Below, in pieces: positions 9,052-18,926 of a stretch of DNA of 64,000 nucleotides. Source of the stretch: an uncultured delta proteobacterium (GTDB taxonomy: Bacteria > Desulfobacterota > Binatia > Binatales > Binataceae); assembly GCA_963794325.1 (NCBI GenBank), contig CAWCDG010000007.1:160001-224000 (forward strand). Direction: 5' to 3'. Under the pieces are notes generated by a model. That model had not been told where the DNA came from and did not search any database. It was given only the letters and a program-made list of their open reading frames with translations. Positions within the stretch are counted from its first letter, which is position 1; every line of letters begins with the position of its first letter. A program made the translations under genes and the position numbers.

Positions 9052-9802
9052 GCATCGTTACAAGGCGGTCGTGATCGATCTGTTCGACACGCTGGTCACC
9101 TGGAATCCGGAAGGGCTGCCGCTGATGCAATTTCGCGGGCGCGAAATTCGCAGCACTACTCCGCTGCTCTACTCGACGCTGGAAACCGCGCTGGGCAAGC
9201 AATTCGATCGCGAGAAATTTTCGGAGGCGCACGCGTCGGTTTACTCCGACATATTTTCTGAACGAGCCAGGCACGACGCGCTCGAGATAACCTGCCTGGA
9301 GCGGTTCGCGCGGACGTTGAAGATTCTCGAAGTCGAGGAACCCATCGCGGCTCCGCTGGCCGAAGATCTGCGGCGAATCCACATGGCGCGGGTGCGCGAG
9401 GTGACAAAGGCGCCGCCCGCGCGAATCGAGGCGATGAAGAAAATCGCCGTGGAGCATCGCCTCGGCCTCATCTCGAACTTCGACGATTCCGAAACCGGCC
9501 ACCAGATCATGCGCGATACCGGCATCCGCGAGCTTTTTACCGCGGTGATCATCTCGGCCGACACCGGCTATCGAAAACCCAATCCGCTCATCTTCAAAAA
9601 ACTTCTCAACGCGATGCGCCTCGAGCCCGCCGAAATCCTGTTTGTCGGCGATACTCCGCTCGATGACGTGGTCGGCAGCAAGGGTGTCGGAATGCATTCG
9701 GCGTGGATCCGCACGCGCAATCGGGAGCTGCCCGAGGGTGTTCCAGCGCCCGATATCATTATCTCTGACCTCGCGGAACTCCCCGCTGCGCTCGGTCTGT
9801 AG
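9044..9802 (+). CDS. HAD-family hydrolase
   Basis: DLFDTL, ISN, KPNP and VGD...DD motifs. Confidence 0.88.
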   Translation: MAEHRYKAVVIDLFDTLVTWNPEGLPLMQFRGREIRSTTPLLYSTLETALGKQFDREKFSEAHASVYSDIFSERARHDALEITCLERFARTLKILEVEEPIAAPLAEDLRRIHMARVREVTKAPPARIEAMKKIAVEHRLGLISNFDDSETGHQIMRDTGIRELFTAVIISADTGYRKPNPLIFKKLLNAMRLEPAEILFVGDTPLDDVVGSKGVGMHSAWIRTRNRELPEGVPAPDIIISDLAELPAALGL

Positions 9803-9820
9803 TCAATCCGCCGGACTTCG

Positions 9821-10300
9821 ATGAAACGGCGGCTGGTTGTAGCGGTGATCGGCGCGGGTGATGCTCCGAGTGCGATTTGCAAGCTGGCGTTTGAAACAGG
9901 CAGAGAAATTGCGCGATGCGGCGCTGTGTTGCTGAACGGCGGGCGCACCGGCGTGATGGAATCGGCGGCGGCCGGGGCGCGCGAGGAAGGTGGGCATACG
10001 ATTGGAATCCTGCCGGGGTATGATCGGCGCGCGGCGAACCGGCATGTCGAATTTGTGATTGCTACCGGCATCGGCGAGGCGCGCAATGCGGTGATCGTCG
10101 CGAGTGCCGACGCGGTAATCGCGCTGGCGGGCGAGGGCGGCACGCTGGCTGAGATCGGCTTCGCGAAAAAATTCCGCAAGCCAATCGTCGCGATCGATTC
10201 GTGGCCAGAAATCAACGGATTGCATCGCGCCGACACTCCCGCCGACGCGGTCGCACTCGCGCTCAAGCTCGCCGCGTCACGTTCGCGACGGAGAAGTTGA
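9821..10300 (+). CDS. TIGR00725 / SLOG (LOG-like) nucleotide-binding protein
   Basis: GGRTGVME, GILPG, ARNAVIV and GGTLAEI motifs. Confidence 0.85.
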   Translation: MKRRLVVAVIGAGDAPSAICKLAFETGREIARCGAVLLNGGRTGVMESAAAGAREEGGHTIGILPGYDRRAANRHVEFVIATGIGEARNAVIVASADAVIALAGEGGTLAEIGFAKKFRKPIVAIDSWPEINGLHRADTPADAVALALKLAASRSRRRS

Positions 10301-10714
10301 ATGGCCGCCAAACAGGATCGAAGCAGCTTCATCCAACTGCTTGAACGAGCGCCGTTCTCGGCGATGCTCGGGCTGAAGATCGAGTCGGCCGCCGACGGCT
10401 CGGCAGTAGTTCGGATGCCGTTCGATTTGCGCATTCTCAACGAGGGCGGTCCCTCTGCGCCCATTCATGGCGGCGCGATCGCAGCGCTCGCCGACGTGGC
10501 GGCATGCGCCGCCGTATGGAGCCTCGCCTCGACGACGCGCACCGCGACGATTTCGATGACCGTGAACTACACCGGCTTCGCCGTGAATTCCGATCTGATC
10601 GCTCGCGCACGGGTTAAGCGCACCGGCAAGCGCATCGCGAGCCTAGCCGTGGAAATCGTCGATGCCTCCGACGCCCTGATCGCCGACGCACTGGTGACCT
10701 ACAAAATCGCGTGA
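10301..10714 (+). CDS. PaaI-family thioesterase
   Basis: N...HGGAIAALAD hotdog-fold motif. Confidence 0.87.
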   Translation: MAAKQDRSSFIQLLERAPFSAMLGLKIESAADGSAVVRMPFDLRILNEGGPSAPIHGGAIAALADVAACAAVWSLASTTRTATISMTVNYTGFAVNSDLIARARVKRTGKRIASLAVEIVDASDALIADALVTYKIA

Positions 10715-10797
10715 CGCCCTCGCATCGATTAGTTCGACCCGCTCGCTTACAATGAACCCCGACTGATTGCTAACAAGGCACGGGAAGGGGAAGGAAT

Positions 10798-12132
10798 ATG
10801 TTTTCTCGCGTTCGATTCGACCGCAAGTGCATTCTCGCCGCATGTGCGATTCTCGCTGTTGCGCTATCGCTGACGGTGGCTCCTGCAGCCCGCGCCGTCA
10901 ACAACGTCCCCGATGCCATGCCGACCGGCACCGAGACCGTGCTGTATTCCTTTGGGGTCGGCCCCACTCCTGCCAAGTGCAACAAAGACGACGGCGCCGA
11001 CCCCAAGGGCTCGCTGACCTACGTCCCTGCCACCGGTCTGCTCTTCGGCGAAACCTCGAGCACTACCTCGAAGGGCCCAGGCTTCGGCACGATTTTCCAG
11101 ATCATGCCTGGCGGCGCCGGCTACGCGATCGATAACTTTTTCCAGGGCGCGAAGGCTGACGGCAACGGCCCGCAGAACAATGCGATGACTCTGGTCGGCA
11201 GCGTCCTCTATGGCACGACGCTCACTGGCGGGCACAATGACAGCGGCGCCATCTTCAGCATAAACGACGACGGCAGCGGCTATTCGACGCCGCTTTTGTT
11301 CAACTTCACGACGCCGCCCGCGAAGAATAGTGGCGATCAGCCGTACAGCAATTTCGTCGCCATCGGCAGCGTGCTCTATGGCATGACCTCGCAGGGAGGC
11401 CTCAATGGCGCCGCGCCCGAGGACGGCACTATTTTCGCCTTCAACACCTCGACCGGCACTTACAAGCGCCTGTACTCCTTCGGCGGCGCGCACGGCTTCG
11501 ATCCGCACGGCCAGTTGATTCTCGATCCCAATGGCAAAACGTTTTACGGCATGACGCATTCGGGAGGCACCGCCGATGCCGGCGTCGTGTTTTCGTTTTC
11601 TTCGACGTGCAATGCCAGCACCGGAAAGTGCAAAGCCAGGTACAAGGTCCTGCACAATTTCAGTTGCCCCAATAAGGGCTTTCCGATGTGTATCAACGGC
11701 AACGGCGCTACTCCCGATCACGGCACGCTCGTGCAAAACGGATCGACGCTGTTTGGCTTGACGACCGAAGGCGGCAAGTACGGCAACGGCATCCTGTTTT
11801 CGATTCGGACCAACGGCCAGCACTTCACTATCGTTCATAGCTTCGGCAATCCGGGCAGCAACGACGGCGCCAATCCGATGGGATCGTTGCTGCTCAACGG
11901 CACCACGCTCTATGGGACTACCCGGCTGGGCGGTAACAAGGGCAACGGCAGCGTTTTTCAAATCAATACGGACGGCACCAGCTACGATCGAATTTGGGAC
12001 TTCCAGGATGCGCCCGACGGTCAGAAACCTGTCGACAACGTGATACTGATCGACAGCACGCTCTACGGCATGACCGAAGTGGGCGGACAATGCGGCAACG
12101 GCGCGATCTTCTCGCTCGTGCCTCCTCAATGA
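10798..12132 (+). CDS. Secreted beta-propeller-like repeat protein (Gloeo_Verruco/GloVer repeats)
   Basis: Signal peptide followed by repeated LYGxTxxGG...GxIFxI...LHxF...DGxxP units. Confidence 0.85.
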   Translation: MFSRVRFDRKCILAACAILAVALSLTVAPAARAVNNVPDAMPTGTETVLYSFGVGPTPAKCNKDDGADPKGSLTYVPATGLLFGETSSTTSKGPGFGTIFQIMPGGAGYAIDNFFQGAKADGNGPQNNAMTLVGSVLYGTTLTGGHNDSGAIFSINDDGSGYSTPLLFNFTTPPAKNSGDQPYSNFVAIGSVLYGMTSQGGLNGAAPEDGTIFAFNTSTGTYKRLYSFGGAHGFDPHGQLILDPNGKTFYGMTHSGGTADAGVVFSFSSTCNASTGKCKARYKVLHNFSCPNKGFPMCINGNGATPDHGTLVQNGSTLFGLTTEGGKYGNGILFSIRTNGQHFTIVHSFGNPGSNDGANPMGSLLLNGTTLYGTTRLGGNKGNGSVFQINTDGTSYDRIWDFQDAPDGQKPVDNVILIDSTLYGMTEVGGQCGNGAIFSLVPPQ

Positions 12133-12908
12133 GTATGCGGGTGTCATCGACGCTGGAAATAATCCGCCGTGCCGGTAAGCCGCACGGCCTCAACCTGATA
12201 GCGGCCACTCCTGTCGCGCGATATGACGCCGCGGTCAAGGGAGGCCCGCGCGCATCGGCGATCGATCCGATTGCACACTCGATCGTCGTAATCGGCAACG
12301 GCGGCGGCGCGCTGTGGGACGCGCTGAAATCTCATGCTGCGCGCAATCCAGGATGGTGGAATCGAGAGAATCCGCTCGACGACTTCACGCGCGAAGTTGT
12401 CGAGCGCGACCTCGCCGTACCGCTGCGCGCGTCGGGCCTGCGATGCACCACCGTTTATCCGTTCATGAGCAATGGCCGGACGCTCAGCTTTATCGAGCTC
12501 GGCAAAGTCGCAGGCATCTGTGGGCCAAGCATCCTGGGCGTCACGGTGCATCCTGTATATGGACCGTGGATCGCGTTTCGCGCCGCGCTCCTGCTCGACG
12601 AAGAACTTGATTCGCCGGGCGACGCACTCAGCTTCGACCCGTGTCCCACTTGCACGGCGCGCACCTGTATCCCCGCGTGCCCGGCGAATGCGGTAAGCGT
12701 CGAATCAGGATGGGACATTCCGCGTTGCCTGACGCATCGCGTGGAAGTAGAGCCGGATTGCACCCCGCGATGCCACGCGCGCGCCGGATGCGTCCTCGGC
12801 CCCGAGCATCGCTATCCCGACGAGGAACTCGCCTATCATCAGATGCGCGCGCTCCGCTCGATGCGCCCGTACTACGAAACGCACATCAAACCCACTCGCC
12901 AAACCTAA
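12129..12908 (+). CDS. Fe-S protein with CblC(MMACHC)/QueG-like motifs
   Basis: ATGA overlap with the upstream gene; NPLDDFT, HPVYGPWIAFRAALL, CPTC..RTCIPACP and CHARAGC. Confidence 0.65.
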   Translation: MSMRVSSTLEIIRRAGKPHGLNLIAATPVARYDAAVKGGPRASAIDPIAHSIVVIGNGGGALWDALKSHAARNPGWWNRENPLDDFTREVVERDLAVPLRASGLRCTTVYPFMSNGRTLSFIELGKVAGICGPSILGVTVHPVYGPWIAFRAALLLDEELDSPGDALSFDPCPTCTARTCIPACPANAVSVESGWDIPRCLTHRVEVEPDCTPRCHARAGCVLGPEHRYPDEELAYHQMRALRSMRPYYETHIKPTRQT

Positions 12909-12940
12909 TAATCCCGATATAATCCACCACGAGCACTACG

Positions 12941-13915
12941 ATGCCCTTTCCAATCAATCGCCCGCGCCGTCTGCGACGCACCGAAACAATCCGCCGCATG
13001 ATTCGCGAGACGCGCCTCTCCCCCGACGATCTGATTCTCCCGATGTTCGTTTGCCCGGGACGCGGCGTGAAGAAAGCGGTCGCATCGATGCCCGGTGTGG
13101 CGCAGATGTCGGTCGACAATATCGTCGCGGAAGCGCGCGAGACCTGGGCGGCCGGTGTCCCAGCGGTCATCCTGTTTGGAATTCCTGAACGCAAGGACGC
13201 GAACGGCAGCGAGGCATGGAACGACGACGGCGAGGTGCAGCGCGCGATTCTTGAGATCAAGGAACGCGTGCCCGGGATGGCGGTGATCACCGACGTCTGC
13301 ATGTGCGAATACACCGACCATGGGCATTGCGGCGCGCTCACGGGCAACGATGTCGACAATGACGCGACGCTCGAACTGCTGACACGATCGGCGCTGTCGC
13401 ACGCGCGCGCGGGCGCCGATATCGTCGCGCCGTCGGACATGATGGACGGGCGGGTCGGCGCAATTCGCACGGCGCTCGACAGCAACGGCTTCAGTCACGT
13501 CGCAATCATGGCGTATTCGGCGAAGTTCGCGTCGGCCTTTTACGGGCCGTTTCGCGAGGCGGCGGAGTCTGCGCCGAAGTTCGGAGATCGGCGCTCGTAC
13601 CAGATGGACCCGCCGAACGGTGACGAAGCGATGCGCGAAGTTGCGCTCGATCTGGAAGAGGGCGCGGACATCGTGATGGTCAAGCCGGCGCTGCCGTATC
13701 TCGATCTGATCTACCGGGTGAAACAGGAATTCAATGCACCGGTAGCGGCCTACAATGTCTCGGGCGAGTACTCGATGATCCGCGCAGCTGGAATCAACGG
13801 ATGGATCGATGAAGAGCGCGCCACGATGGAAGTGCTGACGTCGATCAAGCGCGCCGGCGCCGATTTAATCCTGACCTATTTCGCGAAAGAAGTAGCCCGC
13901 AAACTCCGCGGATGA
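12941..13915 (+). CDS. hemB: Porphobilinogen synthase
   Basis: [13 protein letters not shown] zinc site, PSDMMDGR and MVKPAL. Confidence 0.97.
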   Translation: MPFPINRPRRLRRTETIRRMIRETRLSPDDLILPMFVCPGRGVKKAVASMPGVAQMSVDNIVAEARETWAAGVPAVILFGIPERKDANGSEAWNDDGEVQRAILEIKERVPGMAVITDVCMCEYTDHGHCGALTGNDVDNDATLELLTRSALSHARAGADIVAPSDMMDGRVGAIRTALDSNGFSHVAIMAYSAKFASAFYGPFREAAESAPKFGDRRSYQMDPPNGDEAMREVALDLEEGADIVMVKPALPYLDLIYRVKQEFNAPVAAYNVSGEYSMIRAAGINGWIDEERATMEVLTSIKRAGADLILTYFAKEVARKLRG

Positions 13916-13916
13916 A

Positions 13917-14108
13917 ATTGAATGTGAAACCCTCCGCGGGTTTCACGCTTCCGCGGCAGGGCTAAGCCCTGCATCTTACTACCAATCGCAAAACGGCGAG
14001 GACGCCATTTTGCTCTGAGGTTCTTGATTTTGGTGGCACAGGCTTTAGCCTGTGATTTTCTGGTCCGTGCAAATCCAGGAAAGAATCACGGGCTGAAGCC
14101 TGTGCCAC
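13917..14108 (+). repeat. Composite element: family B + linker + family C
   Basis: B hairpins at 13921..13975. C at 14033..14108, bounded by ~25-bp inverted repeats GTGGCACAGGCTTTAGCCTGTGATT. Homologous to 33821..34016. Confidence 0.9.
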
Positions 14109-14117
14109 GTGCAGAGT

Positions 14118-15677
14118 TCATCTCTTTCTTTTGCCCCTCGCGAAATACTCGCGAATCGCTTCTGTCAGCGCCTCGATCGTGTACTCACGCGGCTTTACGA
14201 CAACCTCGAATTCCCGCTCTTCAGCGGTTGCCGCCGTGATGGGACCGATCGCCGCTGCTCTGATTCCCTTCCCCGACGTGCCAAGCATCTCGCAGAAATT
14301 TGTGACGGTGCTCGAACTGGTAAACGTCACGAGATCGATCGCTCCCAACGTTATCAACTCGCGCACTCGCGCTATCTGCGCGCCCTTGGGTTTGATCGTC
14401 CGATAAGCGGGCGCGACGACGACTTCCTTCGCGCCCTTGTCGCGCAGAATTTCCGGCAGCGCTTCGCGTGCGACTTCGGCGCGCGGTATCAGAAATCGCT
14501 TGCCGCGAATCTGCTTGATTCCAATGGCGGGCACTATTCTCTCGGCGCGATATTCGTCGGGAACTGCCGCGACCTGGAGGGCGTAGTCGGCGAGGCGCGC
14601 GGCGGTTGCGGGTCCGATTGCCGCGATCGACGCACGTCCGAGCGCGCGAATATCGCGGCCGCGCGACTTAAGCCGTTCCATAAAACTTTCGACTCCCATC
14701 GCACTCGTGAAAATTATCCAATCGAATGAATCGACGCGCTTGATTGCTCGATCGAGCGCCGCGTAGCTGCGCGGTGGGGCGGTTTCGATAGTCGGAAATT
14801 CGACGACCTCCGCGCCGAGCCGCCGAACCTGTGTCGCGAACTCGGACGCCGCGTCGCGCGCGCGCGTTACCACTATGGTGCGCCCGAACAGCGGCATGCG
14901 CTCGACCCAATTCAGATGCTCGCGCATGCCGGCGAGCTCGCCGACGACGATTACCGCCGGCGCGCCGATCCTCTCGTGCGCTGACACGTCCGCGAGCGTT
15001 GCCAGCGTCGCGCTCACTGTTTTCTGTGACGCTGTCGTGGCCCATTGCACACAGACAGCTGGGGTTTCATCGGGAAGTCCGGCCGCGCGGATTCGCTCGA
15101 GCGTCGCGCGCATCCGCGCCGTCCCCATCAGGATTACGATCGTGCCGCCGTGACGGGCCGCCGCGACCAACTCATCCCACGGCACCGCGCTCGAGCCCTT
15201 GGTTTCATCTTCATGGCCGGTAACGAACGCGACGAAGGAGCCGTGACCGCGATGCGTCAGCGGAACGCCGGCGAACGCCGGGGCCGCAATCGCCGAGGTA
15301 ACTCCCGGCACGATTTCGAATTCAACCTGCGCGCGCGCCATCGCCTCGGCCTCCTCGCCGCCGCGTCCGAAAATAAACGGATCGCCGCCCTTGAGCCTCA
15401 CGACGACGCGCCCATTGCGCGCGTGCGTGATCAGCATCGCGTTCAGCTCGGACTGCTCGATGCTTTTTTCCGAGCCGCCACGTTTGCCGGCATAGATCAG
15501 TTCGGCGTTTGGTGGCGCGAGCCGAATCAGTTCCGGGCTGACGAGATTGTCGTAGATAACGACGTCGGCGCGGCTGAGAACATCGGCGCCGCGGATCGTG
15601 ATCAGGTCGGAGGCGCCGGGACCGGCGCCAACCAGGAAGACTCTGCCGCGATTAGGCTTCTTCGCGCGCGCGCTCAT
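14118..15677 (-). CDS. cobA: Uroporphyrinogen-III C-methyltransferase / uroporphyrinogen-III synthase fusion (CobA-HemD)
   Basis: VGAGPG and RLKGGDPFIFGRGGEE, then a HemD domain (VVTRA, FTSAMGV, FTSSSTV). Start overlaps the hemC stop. Confidence 0.95.
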   Translation of the reverse strand: MSARAKKPNRGRVFLVGAGPGASDLITIRGADVLSRADVVIYDNLVSPELIRLAPPNAELIYAGKRGGSEKSIEQSELNAMLITHARNGRVVVRLKGGDPFIFGRGGEEAEAMARAQVEFEIVPGVTSAIAAPAFAGVPLTHRGHGSFVAFVTGHEDETKGSSAVPWDELVAAARHGGTIVILMGTARMRATLERIRAAGLPDETPAVCVQWATTASQKTVSATLATLADVSAHERIGAPAVIVVGELAGMREHLNWVERMPLFGRTIVVTRARDAASEFATQVRRLGAEVVEFPTIETAPPRSYAALDRAIKRVDSFDWIIFTSAMGVESFMERLKSRGRDIRALGRASIAAIGPATAARLADYALQVAAVPDEYRAERIVPAIGIKQIRGKRFLIPRAEVAREALPEILRDKGAKEVVVAPAYRTIKPKGAQIARVRELITLGAIDLVTFTSSSTVTNFCEMLGTSGKGIRAAAIGPITAATAEEREFEVVVKPREYTIEALTEAIREYFARGKRKR

Positions 15678-16624
15678 TCGCGCCCAAGCAGAGCCGCGGC
15701 GCCGCGCGCGAGCATTTTTTGCGCAAGCCGCTTGCCGGAATTTTCCGCAGTGGCCGGCGCAAGGTCGGACGCCAACGTTTCTTCTATCGACTCCGACAAC
15801 TCCTGCGCGCCGTCGGGACTGAACAACATTGCCGCGAGTGAGAGCGTGTCGCCGTCGATCCTTGCGCGCACTCCGACCGGTGTCGTGCATGACGCCTCGA
15901 GCGTTGCGAGGAACGCCCGCTCGGCCGCGGTCTCATAGAAGGTGCGCGGGTCGTTGATCGCATCGAGCGCACCATCGAGTGCATCACTTTTGCGATCGGC
16001 CAGCGTTTCGATCGCGAGCGCGCCTTGGCCACCGGCCGGGATAAAGTCGCTCGCGTCGAGTTCAACGAAAACGAACTTCACATCGTTGACCCGGCCCAAG
16101 CGCTTCAGCCCCGCCATCGCGATTATGATTGCGTCGAAGCTGCCGTCGATCGCTCGCGCCAAACGGGTATCGACGTTGCCGCGGAGCGGAAGAATCTCGA
16201 GTCCGCGGTTCATCCTGAGCGCCTGGAAGCGGCGGCGCGACGACGAGGTGCCAAGCGTTGCGCCCTTGGGCAGCGAGGAAAGCGTCGAGCCGTCGCGGGT
16301 CACCAGGATGTCGGAGGTATTCTCGCGTTCGAGAACGGCAGCTATGCGAAACTGCGATGGGAGTGCGGCGGGGAGATCCTTCATCGAATGGACTGCGGCG
16401 TCGATCGTTCGATCGGTGAGCGCCTGTTCGAGCTCTTTTATGAAGAGACCTTTGCCCCCGACATCTGCGAGCGACGCTGAGGTCATTTTGTCGCCGCTGG
16501 TGCGGATCTCGATGATTTCGATTTCGATTCCGGGGATCTGCGCGGTGAGACGATCGCGAACTATCGACGCTTGCACTAGCGCGAGTTTGCTGGGGCGGGA
16601 GCCGATTCTGATTTTTAGCGGCAT
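15674..16624 (-). CDS. hemC: Hydroxymethylbilane synthase
   Basis: GSRPSKLALVQ, GKGLFIKE, VHSMKD, RGNVDTR and CTTPVG. Confidence 0.97.
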   Translation of the reverse strand: MPLKIRIGSRPSKLALVQASIVRDRLTAQIPGIEIEIIEIRTSGDKMTSASLADVGGKGLFIKELEQALTDRTIDAAVHSMKDLPAALPSQFRIAAVLERENTSDILVTRDGSTLSSLPKGATLGTSSSRRRFQALRMNRGLEILPLRGNVDTRLARAIDGSFDAIIIAMAGLKRLGRVNDVKFVFVELDASDFIPAGGQGALAIETLADRKSDALDGALDAINDPRTFYETAAERAFLATLEASCTTPVGVRARIDGDTLSLAAMLFSPDGAQELSESIEETLASDLAPATAENSGKRLAQKMLARGAAALLGRE

Positions 16625-16630
16625 TCGAAG

Positions 16631-16710
16631 AACCTAACCCCTAACCCCTTCCCTCGAGGGAAGGGGAACCGGATGTGAGGGGGCGCTTCCCGAGCGGGAA
16701 GGGGAACGGT
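16631..16710 (+). repeat. Repeat family A plus partial second hairpin, inside the hem operon
   Basis: Full copy at 16631..16674 (loop TCGA), then CTTCCCGAGCGGGAAGGGGAAC. Confidence 0.9.
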
Positions 16711-16740
16711 CGCGAAGAAGGACCTCAACACGCCGCGTGG

Positions 16741-18078
16741 TCACTCGAGGTCCGGGTCGTCGTCGTCGTTGTCGGGGTCGTCGAGATTGTCGTCTTGCGC
16801 GTCGAGTTCGGCGCCTAGCAGGCGGCGCGCGACTTCGGCGGCGAAGTTGGCGTCGAGGGTTTTGTCGTCGCGCTGCTTGAGACCCGACAAAATACGATGA
16901 AGCAATTTGTTGGTCAGGCCGCGGGTCAGCAATTCCACGCGCTCGCGCTCGGCGGGAGCAAGCTGCGCCATCCATCCGCGCGCGCGGCCCAACTCGTCGT
17001 CGCGCAATCGCTCGACGCTGTAACGGATGTCCTTGATGGTCGGCGTCAGGTCCAGGCCGGCGAGCCATTTGAGGAATGACTCGAGTTCCAGCTCGACGAT
17101 CTGCTCCGCTTTCTCGGCTTCGCGCTCGCGGTCTCCAAGCGATCGTTGAACTAGAGCGCCGAGATCGTCGATATCGTACAAGTACACGTTTTGCAGCGCG
17201 TTCAGACGCTCGTCGAAATTTCGCGGCACGCCCATGTCGATCAGAAACATCGGGCGGTAGCGGCGCTCGCGAATCACCGGCTCAAATTCGTCGGGAGTCA
17301 GGATGGGCCTGGTCGATGAGACCGAGCCGATCAGCACGTCAACCATCTTGAGGTACGGCTTGTAGTTGTCGTACGGCACCGCGGTGCCGCCGAGGTCGCG
17401 GGCGAGTGCGACCGCGCGATCGAAAGTGCGCGAGGTTATCAGCAGCGACTCGATTCCCAGTGCGCTCAGTTGCCGCGCGGTCAGCTCGGCCATCTTGCCC
17501 GCACCCATCAGCATCACGGTCTTGTCTTTGAGCGTGTCGAAAATCTGCCCCGCGAGCGCGACCGCTGCAGTGCTGACCGACACCGAACCGTGACCGATGA
17601 GAGTGCCCTTGCGCACGCGCTTGGCGACGGTGAATGCCTTGTGGAATGCGCGATGCAAAATCAAGCCGACGCTCCGCGCTTCTGACGCCTGCGCATACGC
17701 GAGTTTTAGCTGACCCAGTATTTGCGGCTCGCCGATGACCATCGAATCGAGGCTCGCGCCGACGCGAAATAGATGACGCGCGGCCTCGCGGCCCGCGAAA
17801 CTGTAAACTGCGTCGTCGAATTCGGTCTGCGCGACGCTTCGATCGGCGGACAAAAATTTGAGCGTTTCTTCCACTGCGCGCGACGCATCGGTGGCGACGC
17901 CTACCACCTCGACGCGATTGCAGGTCGAGATGAGAGCCGCCTCTGCCACCGCGTGGCATGACTCCCTCAGACGGTCCAGCGCGGGAACGATTTCGTCATC
18001 GGCAAACGCGAGCCGTTCACGCAGCGCGACGGCGGCGCTGCGATGGTTAATCCCGACGATGAATAGCGTCTGATCCAT
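16741..18078 (-). CDS. hemA: Glutamyl-tRNA reductase
   Basis: STCNRVE, LDSMVIGEPQILGQ and DMGVPRN; acidic C-terminal tail. Confidence 0.97.
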   Translation of the reverse strand: MDQTLFIVGINHRSAAVALRERLAFADDEIVPALDRLRESCHAVAEAALISTCNRVEVVGVATDASRAVEETLKFLSADRSVAQTEFDDAVYSFAGREAARHLFRVGASLDSMVIGEPQILGQLKLAYAQASEARSVGLILHRAFHKAFTVAKRVRKGTLIGHGSVSVSTAAVALAGQIFDTLKDKTVMLMGAGKMAELTARQLSALGIESLLITSRTFDRAVALARDLGGTAVPYDNYKPYLKMVDVLIGSVSSTRPILTPDEFEPVIRERRYRPMFLIDMGVPRNFDERLNALQNVYLYDIDDLGALVQRSLGDREREAEKAEQIVELELESFLKWLAGLDLTPTIKDIRYSVERLRDDELGRARGWMAQLAPAERERVELLTRGLTNKLLHRILSGLKQRDDKTLDANFAAEVARRLLGAELDAQDDNLDDPDNDDDDPDLE

Positions 18079-18089
18079 TTCTTGAACTA

Positions 18090-18917
18090 TCAGCCGAAAC
18101 TGCCGCCGTGCTTGCCCGGAAAAATCAGGTTAACGCCGACGAACGAGCCAACCAACACGCTCGCGAGCACAATTGTCAGAGTCGCGGCGCGCCGCCCACG
18201 CCATCCCACGGTGAGCCGCGATTCGAGCAGCCCGGCGTAGAGGATCCAAATCACCAGCGACCATGATTCCTTGGGCTCCCAGGACCAGAAATGTCCCCAC
18301 GTCGCGTCGGCCCATATCGCGCCGCTCACGATCGCGAGGCTGAGCATCGCGAAGCCCCATCCCAGCAGGTGATAGTTGATCCGGTCCAGCTTTTCGAGGC
18401 TCGGCGCGGCTTCGTTGGCGGGACCGATCGCGCGTTTCGATTTGAGGCGTGACTCGTAAGCGAGATAGACGATACTCACGCTCGCCGCCAGCACGAACAT
18501 CGTGTAGCCGAGGATTGCGAGCGTGACGTGAATCGGCAGCCATACGCTGCGCAGCGTGTCGGGCAGAACCACGCGCCCCTCGCTGGTCGTGAGCGAGGCC
18601 GCTCCCAGAGCGATTGTGACAGCGGGCGCGACGAACGCGCCAATCACCGCCAGCCGCAGTCGGACGATCATCACCAGTCCCGCGAGCGCGGTGAGCCACG
18701 CCAGGAAGGAGAGCGCCTGCGCAAAATTCGCAACCGGGATATTGCCGGCCTGCAGTCCGCGCGCGGTTAAATCAAGCGCATGGAAAATCGCACCGGCGCC
18801 GAGTATCGCAACCGCGTAGCCGGTCGCACGCGCGCGTCCGGACAATCGATCGAACACAAACAACGCCGCCGAGAGCGCGTAGCATGCGAGCGCGGGCATT
18901 AGCCACAATGTGTTCAT
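18090..18917 (-). CDS. ccsA: Cytochrome c assembly protein CcsA/HemX-like
   Basis: WWD-domain motif GAIWADATWGHFWSWEPKE. Confidence 0.88.
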   Translation of the reverse strand: MNTLWLMPALACYALSAALFVFDRLSGRARATGYAVAILGAGAIFHALDLTARGLQAGNIPVANFAQALSFLAWLTALAGLVMIVRLRLAVIGAFVAPAVTIALGAASLTTSEGRVVLPDTLRSVWLPIHVTLAILGYTMFVLAASVSIVYLAYESRLKSKRAIGPANEAAPSLEKLDRINYHLLGWGFAMLSLAIVSGAIWADATWGHFWSWEPKESWSLVIWILYAGLLESRLTVGWRGRRAATLTIVLASVLVGSFVGVNLIFPGKHGGSFG

Positions 18918-18926
18918 CGTTCTTTT

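Noticed and set aside
14024-14239. Similar short ORFs LVAQALACDFLV.ANPGKNH (also 33852..34070) and LTPNPFPRGKG peptides
   Set aside because: These are translations of repeat modules C and A, with no RBS or independent coding signal.
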